Source of the DNA: a virus
Lineage: Duplodnaviria; Caudoviricetes
IMG/VR virus record: IMGVR_UViG_3300030117_007306
Span: 1 to 56,912 of that record
Direction: 5' to 3' (one strand)
Length of the DNA: 56,912 nucleotides
The notes beneath the pieces were generated by a model, which was given only the letters and a program-made list of their open reading frames with translations, was not told the origin of the DNA and did not search any database. Made by a program: the position numbers and the translations under genes. This document shows, piece after piece, positions 18,703 to 28,922 of this stretch; positions within the stretch are counted from its first letter, which is position 1; every line of letters begins with the position of its first letter.

Positions 18703-20223
18703 CTATATTTCAACATCGCTGTCGCCAGCAATTCTTTGTTCTCCTACTCCAAATCTTTGAACAATATCATCAACTACGTTCTGCAAAGAGCCTCGACTTT
18801 GAACTGAGAAATTATCGACTTCAAAATTAAGATAGTTTTGAACCCACTCTTCTCTATGTACTTCAGTTTGATTGTGCTCTTCTATAACTGGTCTACGTAT
18901 AAGGTCTTGATGCCCTGCCGCATCGCGGCCTTGATATCTAGTTTTTATAGGTAAAAGTTTATGAGTACCAAATTGTGGGCCATCCATAGCTATTTCGTCA
19001 GCAGTTTTTCTTCTGAATATAGCAACAAAACTTGCAAACCATTGCAATCTGTCAGACAAAGATATAGCAGAGCTGTCATCAACTAAAGTTCTACTATTTC
19101 TATTATGACTTTCTCCAGACCTATTCATCTGCATAGCTGTTATAATTGGCGCAGAAAGTTCTTCAGCGATTCTTTTAAGTTTATCTATTTTATCTCCAAT
19201 GGCTTGATGCTCGGCCCAATTTCTATCGACCTTTTCTCCGGTTAACTTAACGTAATCATAAGCGATAACACATTTATTTCCCCTGCCTACATATTTCATA
19301 TGCCAACGCCGAATAATAGAACAAACTTCATCGATTGTTTTATTTCGTACATGGTAATGAAAATACTCTTTGTTGTCAAATCTACCTTTGTTTTCTTTTT
19401 GGTACTCTCTGACTTTTTCGTACATGGATTTGTTTTTTCTCCAGTTGCCGCTTTCTAAATACCAAAGAGGCACACCGGTTTGAGCCGCAGCCATACGATT
19501 TCTTATTTCTTTAGTAGACATCTCAGTGTCTAAAACTAAAGCGGGAACACCATTTAGTACAGAAGTGTTAAGGCATACATCATTTATAAAAGTCGTTTTA
19601 CCTTGAGCTGGCCTAGAAACTATAGCATAAATATTACCTTCTCTCAAACCTCCAAAAAGTCTATTGAATTCTGGATAAGGAGTGCGAAGACCATTTTCGT
19701 CAATTGGGTTTTCTCCTGCTTTTTCTATATCGTCAAAGAAATCTTCGAAAATATTAACTGGCTCATCATCTAATTCATAACTGGAAACTTTATCAGAATA
19801 TAAAGAGTCTGATTTAGAAATTATTTCATTAATAGTATCATTGCCACACTCGCTCACGTATTGCTGAATTTCTTCAGTAGTGTCTCGTATATCTCTCCTT
19901 ATTCTATACTTAATTAAAGAGGTGGCGTACTTTACTATTGCATTTTTTTTAGGAGCGTTGAGAGTTATAGCATCAAGATATTCATGTATACTTATTTCAT
20001 CTTTTGCAGTTATACCTATATTTATAATTCTTTCAGAGACAATAACTTTATCTACATGTTCTCCTGCGATATAAAGGTTTCTTATAACAGAATATATTGA
20101 TTGATGGACTTCGTTAAAGAAATCCCCGACGCTAAGAAAAGCGTCTAATTCTGCTACTACATCTGGATTTTTGAGAAGTCCGCCCAAAACGTACTTCTCC
20201 ATCTTAATGCTGTATAGTGACAT
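18703..20223 (-). CDS. dnaB: DnaB-type replicative helicase
   Basis: SRPAQGKTT, DTEMS, YDYVKL, AMQMNR, KTRY. Confidence 0.92.
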   Translation of the reverse strand: MSLYSIKMEKYVLGGLLKNPDVVAELDAFLSVGDFFNEVHQSIYSVIRNLYIAGEHVDKVIVSERIINIGITAKDEISIHEYLDAITLNAPKKNAIVKYATSLIKYRIRRDIRDTTEEIQQYVSECGNDTINEIISKSDSLYSDKVSSYELDDEPVNIFEDFFDDIEKAGENPIDENGLRTPYPEFNRLFGGLREGNIYAIVSRPAQGKTTFINDVCLNTSVLNGVPALVLDTEMSTKEIRNRMAAAQTGVPLWYLESGNWRKNKSMYEKVREYQKENKGRFDNKEYFHYHVRNKTIDEVCSIIRRWHMKYVGRGNKCVIAYDYVKLTGEKVDRNWAEHQAIGDKIDKLKRIAEELSAPIITAMQMNRSGESHNRNSRTLVDDSSAISLSDRLQWFASFVAIFRRKTADEIAMDGPQFGTHKLLPIKTRYQGRDAAGHQDLIRRPVIEEHNQTEVHREEWVQNYLNFEVDNFSVQSRGSLQNVVDDIVQRFGVGEQRIAGDSDVEI

Positions 20224-20226
20224 CTA

Positions 20227-21498
20227 CTATTTATATTTCCTGTCTACTTCAAAGAAGTAATCGAACAGGTTTTCGGGAGCCTGTAATCCTCCGATAGCTG
20301 TGTAAACAGCTAACCCCTGCTTTGCTCCTGTATAAATGCCGCGATGGACAGTAGAGCCTCCTCCCATCATACGGCTAAGCTGTTCAAAGCCGTGTTCTAA
20401 ACTAGACTGAGGGATATTGTCAAGAGAATTTTTATCTCCGATAATGACGCAAGCTGCGACATCACCAGTAGAAGCATCAACTCCCGCTAAGATATTTTTC
20501 CTAAGATTATCTCTGACGGCATAAGAGATTCCCGTCTCTGTAGTGTCTTTGATCGGCGTAGCGCCAAACATAATTATTCCAGAGGAAAAGATTGTATCTA
20601 AGTCCGCTTTATCGAAAGTTGTATAGGCTGATTCCTTTGCGGATATCTTATTGAACAAGTGGAAGATAGAACAGATACTATTATTAGCCGTACTCCAAAA
20701 CTGATTGACACTTAGTTTAGGATAAAGTTGTTTTATTTTTTCGTTATCCAAGATAATCAGAGGAGATAGCACTCCTGCTTTTTGAGCATCAATTACTTTG
20801 CTGATAGTCTTTTTCGAATTGTCTTGGACTTTAATTCCCTCCGCTCTTGTCGGTAACGCTAAAACACATCCAACTTTTGCATCAGTATCTTTAGTCTCCT
20901 TTCCTAGAGACTGATTTAGATCGTGACATATATCAATAACTCGAGCTGCTCCTCCAGCACCAGTCCCCCCGCCAGCGCCAGCGCAAACTAAAACTCTTTC
21001 GTAGCTTGTCCCAAAAGTCCTTTTTAGAAAGTCAAGGATGTCTTCATATCTAGTACGAAATACCTCGTCTGCCGCATCTGGATTCTTTCCAGCGCCTCCG
21101 TCACCAATTAAAAGTTTGTTCTCTTCTGGTATGTTTATTAAAGAGAGGTCTTGTTTTGCTGTGTTGATAACACCAACTCTACGATACCCCAAATTCCAAA
21201 AAGACTCAGCTAGTCTCGAACCACCTTGGCCTACTCCTACAATAGCGAAGTTAAAAGCGGCGTCTTCAAAAATGTCTTTAACGCTATCCTCAATAGGCTC
21301 ATCATCTGGCAAGGGTATATCTGGTAAATCAATACCTAAATCATCCACGCCTAAAGCTTCTACTGGAGCAGGGACTTCCGGCTCTAATGGCGCAGAGTCT
21401 GGAGCTTCTCCCGCCGTCAAAGAAGCAGGCGGTTCCAACCCCGGTAAAGGAGTTTCTTTTTCTTTTGGATAATAATCTGAAATATTTGTATCACTCAT
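20227..21498 (-). CDS. FtsZ/tubulin-family GTPase with acidic Pro-rich N-terminal extension
   Basis: GVGQGGSRLA, INTA..D, GAGKNP, GAGGGTGAG, LDNEK, TFDKADL. Confidence 0.88.
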   Translation of the reverse strand: MSDTNISDYYPKEKETPLPGLEPPASLTAGEAPDSAPLEPEVPAPVEALGVDDLGIDLPDIPLPDDEPIEDSVKDIFEDAAFNFAIVGVGQGGSRLAESFWNLGYRRVGVINTAKQDLSLINIPEENKLLIGDGGAGKNPDAADEVFRTRYEDILDFLKRTFGTSYERVLVCAGAGGGTGAGGAARVIDICHDLNQSLGKETKDTDAKVGCVLALPTRAEGIKVQDNSKKTISKVIDAQKAGVLSPLIILDNEKIKQLYPKLSVNQFWSTANNSICSIFHLFNKISAKESAYTTFDKADLDTIFSSGIIMFGATPIKDTTETGISYAVRDNLRKNILAGVDASTGDVAACVIIGDKNSLDNIPQSSLEHGFEQLSRMMGGGSTVHRGIYTGAKQGLAVYTAIGGLQAPENLFDYFFEVDRKYK

Positions 21499-21781
21499 CT
21501 TGGTATTCTCCGTAACCTTCTTCGTCTTCTCTATTGCCTTCTATTCTGGAAGTGATATTGTCTAAAAAACTTTCTTTAGAAATTTCCTCCATAGCTTCAG
21601 ACCAGTTTTTAATAAAGTATTGAAGAGACATGGCATTTAAATCATCAGATATCTGTGCATGTACCTGTGGTTTTGCCTTTTCGTCAAAACTGAATAATAC
21701 GTATCCCCCGTAGGACATCTCGCTAATGTTATCCAGTACCTTTTGAGGCATACTGCCATACTGTACTTCTTTGCTCATCAT
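21491..21781 (-). CDS. hypothetical protein
   Basis: Likely start MMSKEVQ; TTGACA and GTGTAATA just upstream. Confidence 0.6.
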   Translation of the reverse strand: MMSKEVQYGSMPQKVLDNISEMSYGGYVLFSFDEKAKPQVHAQISDDLNAMSLQYFIKNWSEAMEEISKESFLDNITSRIEGNREDEEGYGEYQDE

Positions 21782-21800
21782 AATATTATTACACTTTCTA

Positions 21801-22217
21801 TTAAATGTCAACACCGAAAGTATCGAAAATATAAGCTCTGCTCAAATTTTCAATGTCTTTTGTCTCTATCTCCAGAACTTTGAACTCGTTCATTTCCAGC
21901 CAGTTTATTTTTTTCATATCTCTTTTTATGGAAGCCAAATATTTATCCCTTGACCCTCCATGGAAAAATTTATTGTATTCATTATGCTGCTCTCCTTGTA
22001 CTTCTACCGCTATCTTACGAGTGAAGTTTATCATGTCGACTTTCATCCTAGTTCCGAATACGGGGAACTCCTCGTAGCAAATATGATTCTGCCAATACTC
22101 TCTGAAGAAGTCTTTGACTTTGAACTGTATCTTTGATCTGCATGGCTTCTCCCAGTCTATTTTATATTTAGTGACATTCTTGCTGATAAGCCTGCCGTTG
22201 ATATTAAAAAGTCTCAT
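21801..22217 (-). CDS. Vsr/DUF559-like endonuclease
   Basis: EEFPV...VDM....IAVEVQGEQH...RDMKK. Confidence 0.75.
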   Translation of the reverse strand: MRLFNINGRLISKNVTKYKIDWEKPCRSKIQFKVKDFFREYWQNHICYEEFPVFGTRMKVDMINFTRKIAVEVQGEQHNEYNKFFHGGSRDKYLASIKRDMKKINWLEMNEFKVLEIETKDIENLSRAYIFDTFGVDI

Positions 22218-22218
22218 C

Positions 22219-22271
22219 AGTTTAGTGATAGGGTGAAATACTTTTGAAGTATTGATAATTTGAACTAAACT
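22219..22271 (-). ncRNA. Single TTCA-N5-TCA hairpin unit (site 4) filling the recA/endonuclease spacer
   Basis: AGTTTAG TTCA aatta TCA ATACTT caa AAGTAT TTCA cccta TCA CTAAACT. Confidence 0.75.
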
Positions 22272-23356
22272 AAAGTTAGAGTATCTTTTAACTTGGCAAA
22301 AAGGTATTTAGTAAGTTCCGGATTCTCTTCGAGGCAAGCGGTGAACGCGTCCTCGCCTTGAATCTTTTCGGGAATCTCAAGATTATTTTCCTTTAGCTCA
22401 TCGATCAGCTTTTTATTGATCTTGACCCAAGACCCCGCTTTTTCAACAAAGCCCCACTTTACTAAAGAATCGAATATCTCATACTCAATCCATACGCTTT
22501 TACCACCAGTTCTACCGTACCTAATCGGATATCTTATTTCGGCGCCGGTAGTTTCATTAGGAGTTTTCTTAAAAATAATTTTGCACCAATGACCGTCAGG
22601 ATTTCCATCCTTAGAGTTCTTGGATGTTATTTGGTCGTTCTTGTGACGCTTTTGGAACTCAAAAATCCAATCAGAAAAGTGCAGAAGCGCATTACCACCT
22701 GTCGCGTTTGTAAGTTTTGGGTCGCCTTTGTCGTAAGGATTAACACTTACCGTGCTTCTGACTTGAGAGATCATAAAACAAATATGACCCCTTGTGCTGA
22801 TCGGTAAAGCCATACGCTTTAAAAAATTAGAACTTAAAACCGCCCCTCCTGCTACCTTAGTAGCCTCTGCATAGGAACGGTCGATGTCTCCAGAAGGAAT
22901 CAAAGAGTCCATCGAATCTATGATAAAAAAGTATTTTCTCTCAGTAGGATTATCTTTAATTAAATCTGTAATAAATCCAATAACGGTTTCAAAGATATTA
23001 GATTTAAACACAAACCATTTATCCTCAGAAGTGTCTACTCCAGACCTATCTATCATGTCTTGAGAAAGTCTGCCTTCTGACTTGACGTAAATAACCATAG
23101 AGTTATCTACTGATTTCTGAAAGTTTTTTGCGAAAGCTAAAGAGCAAGATGTCTTGCCTCCTTCAGAAATACCGCTGGCACGAATGATTGACGGCCTCAA
23201 GCCTCCCGCCATAGCAATATCCAACAACAAGCTCCCGCTAGAAACAGTATAGTTAGCTTCTGTCTCGAAATTGTAGTGTTCGTGTTTGTGGTCTTGTAGG
23301 AACTGCTTTATTTGTCCTACTGGGTCTAGTCTATCAGTTTTCTTCTTCGCTGCCAT
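22265..23356 (-). CDS. recA: RecA/UvsX-like recombinase
   Basis: SSGSLLLDIAMAGG, GISEGGKTS, IIDSMDSL, ISQVR, TGGNALLHFS. Confidence 0.9.
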   Translation of the reverse strand: MAAKKKTDRLDPVGQIKQFLQDHKHEHYNFETEANYTVSSGSLLLDIAMAGGLRPSIIRASGISEGGKTSCSLAFAKNFQKSVDNSMVIYVKSEGRLSQDMIDRSGVDTSEDKWFVFKSNIFETVIGFITDLIKDNPTERKYFFIIDSMDSLIPSGDIDRSYAEATKVAGGAVLSSNFLKRMALPISTRGHICFMISQVRSTVSVNPYDKGDPKLTNATGGNALLHFSDWIFEFQKRHKNDQITSKNSKDGNPDGHWCKIIFKKTPNETTGAEIRYPIRYGRTGGKSVWIEYEIFDSLVKWGFVEKAGSWVKINKKLIDELKENNLEIPEKIQGEDAFTACLEENPELTKYLFAKLKDTLTLV

Positions 23357-23720
23357 TTTCGTTCTCTCTTAAAAAATCAAATAGTTTTTTGGCTTTCGGT
23401 TTAACCTTTTTAGCCCGACCGTATTTCCGGTCGTCGATATTATGCCTGACTTTTGGTTTAATGTCAAGCTTGTAAGTGTTCCAAGCTTTAATTAAATATT
23501 CTTTGCCGACAGGAGTCAAAAACCAGAGCAAAGACTCCATTTTGTCGTACGGAATTGGCGCTCTAACCCAAAATTTCTTGTCTGGGAACTTAGCTAAAAG
23601 TTTTTTTGCTGTAGAAATTTCTCTTTTTGTAGCTTCTCTATCAGACCAAATTGGCTTAGAATTTTTTATGTATTTCTCAATTATGTATTGATGAATTGTT
23701 AGCTTCTTTTTCTTTGCCAT
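23334..23720 (-). CDS. basic hypothetical protein
   Basis: Overlapping, co-oriented ORF. Confidence 0.6.
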   Translation of the reverse strand: MAKKKKLTIHQYIIEKYIKNSKPIWSDREATKREISTAKKLLAKFPDKKFWVRAPIPYDKMESLLWFLTPVGKEYLIKAWNTYKLDIKPKVRHNIDDRKYGRAKKVKPKAKKLFDFLRENENGSEEEN

Positions 23721-24742
23721 AAAAGTATATCATTTTCTACCATACTTTCTACCATTCTGTCAAATGAAATTTTAGGTTGCCAGCCAAGTTCTTGCCTAGC
23801 TGGAGTGGAATCACCTAGAAGTAGATCTACTTCTGCTGGTCTGTAATATTTTTCATTTACTTCAGCCAGTATCGTATTTTCTTGATAAACTCTAAACTTT
23901 GCTTCTAAACCCTCTCCACTCCAAAGCCCCGGAATACCAGCGGAAGAAAAAGCTGACTGCACAAAATCTCTTACCGAGTGAGTTTCGTTGCTCGATAAAA
24001 TATATTCTTTTGGCTCGTCTTGGTTCATCATTAACCAAACGCCTTCCACGAAATCTCTACTGTCACTCCAGTCTCTTCTTGACTCGATATTTCCTAATTG
24101 TAATGGTTGAAAAAGTATTTTTTTATCTAAGGCGGTTTTTATCTCGCCAACTTTATCAGTAATTTTTCTAGTAACAAATTCTCTTCCTCTTTTAACCCCT
24201 TCGTGATTAAAAAGTATAGAATGGATAGCGTAAATATCGTAAGACTCTCTGTAGACTTTTACCATGTGCCTAGCAGAAGCTTTAGAGGCTCCATAAGGAC
24301 TTCTTGGCTTGATTGGATGCTTTAAGTCCTGTGGGCTATAGTCTACATCACCAAATTCTTCAGAAGAGCCTGCGCTGTAAAATCTACAGTCAGGCTTAAA
24401 TTTTCTAATAGCTTCTAAGAAGCGGATTACTCCGCCAGTATTTACATCTAGAACACTCAGAGGCATATCCCAACTAACTCCGACAAAAGAATTGGCTCCA
24501 AAGTTAATAATGTAATCCGGCAAAAGCTCTTTTACCAATCTGTCTATACTTGAGGAATCTGTAAGATCTCCGTCTACGAGTTCAAAATTATCATTGTTTT
24601 CAAAATCGCAAATATTCTCATGGTTAGGAGAGCCTGACCTACGAATCATTCCATAAATTTTAAATTTACCCAAGCCAAGCAAATAATCAGCCATGTTTGC
24701 GCCGTCTTGGCCTAAGATACCTGTAATTAATACTTTTTTCAT
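23699..24742 (-). CDS. gmd: GDP-mannose 4,6-dehydratase
   Basis: LITGILGQDG, SFVGVSW, PRSPYGASK, FNHEG...FVTRKIT, YRPAEVDLLLGD. Confidence 0.93.
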   Translation of the reverse strand: MKKVLITGILGQDGANMADYLLGLGKFKIYGMIRRSGSPNHENICDFENNDNFELVDGDLTDSSSIDRLVKELLPDYIINFGANSFVGVSWDMPLSVLDVNTGGVIRFLEAIRKFKPDCRFYSAGSSEEFGDVDYSPQDLKHPIKPRSPYGASKASARHMVKVYRESYDIYAIHSILFNHEGVKRGREFVTRKITDKVGEIKTALDKKILFQPLQLGNIESRRDWSDSRDFVEGVWLMMNQDEPKEYILSSNETHSVRDFVQSAFSSAGIPGLWSGEGLEAKFRVYQENTILAEVNEKYYRPAEVDLLLGDSTPARQELGWQPKISFDRMVESMVENDILLWQRKRS

Positions 24743-24753
24743 ATTTTTATTTT

Positions 24754-25671
24754 TTATTCTTTTGCAAAATACTTTTCATATTTTTTAAAATTATCAATTA
24801 AGTATTTCGGGTGAGTTTCTGATGTAAAGTTATTATTAATTTTTAAGTTATAATCTCTGTAGACAGTTTTTACAGCCTCCTCCTTATCTTTCATTTCAAA
24901 GTAAGGGTCTCTCCCTGCCGCCACATCTCTAGAGTGAGCCCAGCTCTTGTATTTCTTCAAAGCCTTTTCTCCGTCCGTGTCATCCAAAAAAGTAAAATGC
25001 CATCCGCCATTAGCCAAAGCTTCGTGGCTGCATATAGCAAAAACTCTAAACTCTGAGATTTTATGAATACTTAAATTCTCTAAAGTAGTAACTAGTCCGC
25101 AAATATCTTTTTTGCTAAAAAGATTAAACTTAAAAGCATAGAGGTCTAACTCAAAATGAATTACTGCATCCATGTAGACGGGACTTTTATAGTGATGAAA
25201 AACTTTAGAATATAAGCTATACTTTTCTTTTTTGTCAAAGATGGCTCTGGCTTTAGCAAAAGCCTCTTCTCTAAAAAGCTCGTCTAAGCCACCAAAGAAA
25301 ATTAAAGATTCCGGTTCGGGATTATTGTCTCTTAATACTTTTACTGCATATTCGTGTTGGAAATTTTCTCGACCCCAATCCTCACCGTTACAGTTAGGTT
25401 GGTTCTTGTGAATGTTGGTAAAATCTTCAGAAGCTAAGTTGGGATACTTACTCATTTCCTCAGAGAACGAGTCGAATTTAGCATAAATTATTTTGTCTCC
25501 GTATTTTTTAAACCTTTCATGGTCAAAATTATAAGACTTTTTTAACCCAGTGTGAGTTTCTCCGGCTTCAACAATAATAAATTGGTCAACAAAATTTTGC
25601 TCTTGATTTATTTTTAATTCCAATAAATCGTTCTCGTTGAAGAACATTATGCAGCTGTATACTTTACTCAT
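24754..25671 (-). CDS. GT17-family glycosyltransferase
   Basis: MFFNENDLLELKI, IVEAGETHTG, RENFQ, LDE, GGWHFTF. Confidence 0.8.
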   Translation of the reverse strand: MSKVYSCIMFFNENDLLELKINQEQNFVDQFIIVEAGETHTGLKKSYNFDHERFKKYGDKIIYAKFDSFSEEMSKYPNLASEDFTNIHKNQPNCNGEDWGRENFQHEYAVKVLRDNNPEPESLIFFGGLDELFREEAFAKARAIFDKKEKYSLYSKVFHHYKSPVYMDAVIHFELDLYAFKFNLFSKKDICGLVTTLENLSIHKISEFRVFAICSHEALANGGWHFTFLDDTDGEKALKKYKSWAHSRDVAAGRDPYFEMKDKEEAVKTVYRDYNLKINNNFTSETHPKYLIDNFKKYEKYFAKE

Positions 25672-26776
25672 AATTATTAATCGCTTCTATAACATAGTTC
25701 AAATCCGTTTCAGGCATAAAAGGATGAATCGGCAAACTGACCAACTTTCCACAATATTCCAGAGTCTTAGGATTCTCAAACTTATATTGTTCAAAAAATG
25801 GCATCTTCTCTATAGCAATAGGATAATGAATACCATTTTGTATTCCCATATTGTCAAGATAAGAAACAAACCTCTCTCTATCTTCAACTAAAACAGGATA
25901 TATATGATATGTATTATAGCTACAATAGGAGGAGTTGTTAAAAGTTTTTATTAGGGGGTTGGTAATCCGTTCGGTATAATTCTGGCCAACCTTGACTCTT
26001 TTAGAGTTGTACTCATCAATAACTTTTATTTTTTCGCACAAGAAAGCGGCTTGAACTGGGTCGAGCCTATGATTAAAACCAAACTTATCGTGATGATACT
26101 TCTTTTTACTTCCGTAATTTCTTATCATCTTCAAGTTTTCATAGATTTTTTCTGAGTCAGTATTAGCGACTCCTGCGTCACCTATTGACCCTAAGTTTTT
26201 TCCCGGATACAAAGAGAAAGCCGAACAGTCTCCGACAGTCCCCGATAAAGTGCCGTCTTCAAATTTTGAACCATGAGCCTGAGAGCAATCTTCTACGATA
26301 GAGAAATCATACTTATCTTTTAATTCTGTTAGTCTTTGTTTATCAAAAGTATGACCATACATGCTAACAGGCACAACTATACAATCTTCATAACTATTTC
26401 TTTCTTCAGAAAGGAGCTCGTCTAGTAGACACATATCCATTTGATAGCTTTCGTCTACATCGACAAGACGTAAAGCTAAGTCTGGTTGCGCGTCTAATAT
26501 AGCTATAACGGTGGCAACAAAAGTATTAGCCTGAGTAACAACTAAAGTATTTTTATTTGGCTCAAAGCTTTTAATGCAAAGTTTGATGGCGTCTGTGCCG
26601 TTGCTAGCGCCTACGGAATATTTTCTATTAGAATAAGAAGAAAATAAGTCTTCAAATTCAGAAACATTTTTATCTAGTATATAGCTAGAGTTTTTAAAAA
26701 TACCCTCCAGCCTAGATAGAAACTTATCGTATAACGGTAAGTTTTGAGCGGCTAAATCATTAAAAAGAATTTTCAT
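25664..26776 (-). CDS. DegT/DnrJ/EryC1/StrS sugar aminotransferase
   Basis: NGTDA, EDCSQAHG, FSLYPGKNLGSIGDAG. Confidence 0.92.
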   Translation of the reverse strand: MKILFNDLAAQNLPLYDKFLSRLEGIFKNSSYILDKNVSEFEDLFSSYSNRKYSVGASNGTDAIKLCIKSFEPNKNTLVVTQANTFVATVIAILDAQPDLALRLVDVDESYQMDMCLLDELLSEERNSYEDCIVVPVSMYGHTFDKQRLTELKDKYDFSIVEDCSQAHGSKFEDGTLSGTVGDCSAFSLYPGKNLGSIGDAGVANTDSEKIYENLKMIRNYGSKKKYHHDKFGFNHRLDPVQAAFLCEKIKVIDEYNSKRVKVGQNYTERITNPLIKTFNNSSYCSYNTYHIYPVLVEDRERFVSYLDNMGIQNGIHYPIAIEKMPFFEQYKFENPKTLEYCGKLVSLPIHPFMPETDLNYVIEAINNYE

Positions 26777-27635
26777 GTTCCAGTACCTGCAATGTATTTA
26801 GTGTTAGATCCATATTGCCTTCAGTATTCCCGCTTAAGAAAGCCTGTATAGAATTTTTCAAAGGAGAAGGGCCTTCTTCAAATAAATTTTTACCATTAAA
26901 TTCAAGTATGTTTTCTTTGTCGTCCCAAGTCAGAAAACCTTTTTCGAATTCAAAAATACATAGCCTATCTTTTTTACCATAATGCCAACTAGCGTTTATT
27001 TGAACTATAGTATCACCTCTAGCTTCATTATTGAAATAAAGTAGACCATGGCAACTGTCGTTAGTTTTAGAATTATGATATCTTTTATAGCCTATCCAAT
27101 TTGCCTTTTTAGGCATTTCTCCGAGCATGTATAAAATTATACTAACGTCATGAGAAGCTAAATCGTACTTCGCTGAAACGTCATGTCTTACAGGCCCGAG
27201 GTTTAACCTGTTCATACTAACGCTCTTTAAAGAACCGTGAAAGTTAATTGAGCCATCTTCTAATGAAAGTTCTGACCCTACTAATTTTTTAATAATGTTA
27301 ACTTGATTGTTGTAGGTAAAAATCCAATCTACAAATAACTGACATTCATTTTCTTCTGCTAAGCCGTATAAATCTATAGCCTCCATGTATGACATAACCA
27401 GAGGCTTTTCGCAAAACACGTCTATACCTTTAGATAGAAAATATCTACAATTCTCACTGTGCGAAGCAACAGGAGTAACGATAAAGACTTTGTCGCAAGA
27501 ATCTAAATCTGATCTTTTATTCGTGTCTGCTTTAACGTCATAAAGATCGTAAGTTATAATATCAAAGCCCTCTTCTTTTAAATTACTTAAAAGAATTTGG
27601 CCCCAATAGCCTGTTCCTACTAATCCTAGCTTCAT
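26760..27635 (-). CDS. Gfo/Idh/MocA oxidoreductase
   Basis: GTGYWG, VFCEKPL, DLASHD. Confidence 0.88.
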   Translation of the reverse strand: MKLGLVGTGYWGQILLSNLKEEGFDIITYDLYDVKADTNKRSDLDSCDKVFIVTPVASHSENCRYFLSKGIDVFCEKPLVMSYMEAIDLYGLAEENECQLFVDWIFTYNNQVNIIKKLVGSELSLEDGSINFHGSLKSVSMNRLNLGPVRHDVSAKYDLASHDVSIILYMLGEMPKKANWIGYKRYHNSKTNDSCHGLLYFNNEARGDTIVQINASWHYGKKDRLCIFEFEKGFLTWDDKENILEFNGKNLFEEGPSPLKNSIQAFLSGNTEGNMDLTLNTLQVLEHENSF

Positions 27636-28921
27636 TTTTTCGGCCCTTTAATTGTTTCAAATACAAAACATTTAGGATTAATTATTTCTTCTTTTTTTAT
27701 ATCTTTAGGGAAAGTTTTTCCTATGTTATTACCGTAGTAAATGTGAGTTTGCCTTAAGAATTTATATAAGGATTTGTAGTTAGCTTTAAATCTGCCATTG
27801 ATCATTAAGGTTCCTCTTCCCCAAGAGTTTCTCATTAAATAATCAAAAGACTCACTTCCCATTTCTATATCTGGTTGATCGCTTGTCTCTGTCAATTTTT
27901 CTTTAGTAAAATCAAAAACAAAAGAAGTGCCAAGATCGTTTAATCTAACGGAGCATTCTTCTAAATAACCAGAATTTTTTAATTCTAATATAGAACTCCA
28001 GTCATTTTTTTCTTTTAGTTTACTTTTCATAAACTTAAAAGATTCCTGTAAAGCTTCATGGCTGACGCTATTAGTAAAGTGAATTGGACGTCTGTGTTTT
28101 GGATCTACCTCCATCCATTTCAGAATAGCTTCAGAGCAGTCAGCCTCTTCTCCCACTTTCCATTCGTCCCCTAAATACATGGTAATAACTTTTCTATCAC
28201 TGTACCTGTTGGAAAATTCCTCTACGGTTATAGCGTCATCATTACAAAAAGAATTTTCTTCGTGAGAAAACCAAGCAAAACTGGCAAAAGGAATAATAAA
28301 CTTAGGGTCAAGTATTTTTATTTGAGCATCGTTTTTAACGTGAACCATATTTCTTGAAATTTCAATAGCTCTATTGTCTCCTTTGTTCCCAACCCAATTT
28401 GCCCAGCTGAATTGTGTCATTAAAACATCGATGTCTCCTAATAGTTTTTTTACAGGCAGCAAATCATCTTCTGTCTCCAGCCTGCAGTCATTAATGTTCA
28501 AGAGAGTTTTATTTTTGTAGGATACAGAGAGCCATGAGTCAAAACCTCCTTCTGTTCCGCATCCTATCTGAACTTTGTCGTTAAGGTAGTAAAACTCTAA
28601 GGGGTCCAGCTCTAATATTTCAAATCCTAATTTTTGGCAAAAATATTTAACTTTTTGGTCTGCCGTTTTTTGAAATAAGATAGTAATCTCTTTTTTCTTT
28701 TTTTCATTAATTTTCTTCAGGTCTTGTATGCTAAAGTGGTCAGGGTGTTCATGCGAATACCAGAGATAGTTAAAATCTAATGAATTTATATCTATATCTG
28801 ATTCAACCAACAAACTCCACCCATTATTAAACGGCGATCCACAATACCAAGGGTCCGTAAGTATTTTAACATCTCCGCAATCAATTATGGCGCTAGCGTG
28901 ATTAACAAACTTTATTTTCAT
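27632..28921 (-). CDS. metallo-beta-lactamase-fold protein (UlaG/CMP-Neu5Ac hydroxylase-like, no Rieske domain)
   Basis: FVNHAS, LTDPW, YSHEHPDH, NINDC, IIPFASF. Confidence 0.75.
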   Translation of the reverse strand: MKIKFVNHASAIIDCGDVKILTDPWYCGSPFNNGWSLLVESDIDINSLDFNYLWYSHEHPDHFSIQDLKKINEKKKKEITILFQKTADQKVKYFCQKLGFEILELDPLEFYYLNDKVQIGCGTEGGFDSWLSVSYKNKTLLNINDCRLETEDDLLPVKKLLGDIDVLMTQFSWANWVGNKGDNRAIEISRNMVHVKNDAQIKILDPKFIIPFASFAWFSHEENSFCNDDAITVEEFSNRYSDRKVITMYLGDEWKVGEEADCSEAILKWMEVDPKHRRPIHFTNSVSHEALQESFKFMKSKLKEKNDWSSILELKNSGYLEECSVRLNDLGTSFVFDFTKEKLTETSDQPDIEMGSESFDYLMRNSWGRGTLMINGRFKANYKSLYKFLRQTHIYYGNNIGKTFPKDIKKEEIINPKCFVFETIKGPKK

Positions 28922-28922
28922 T

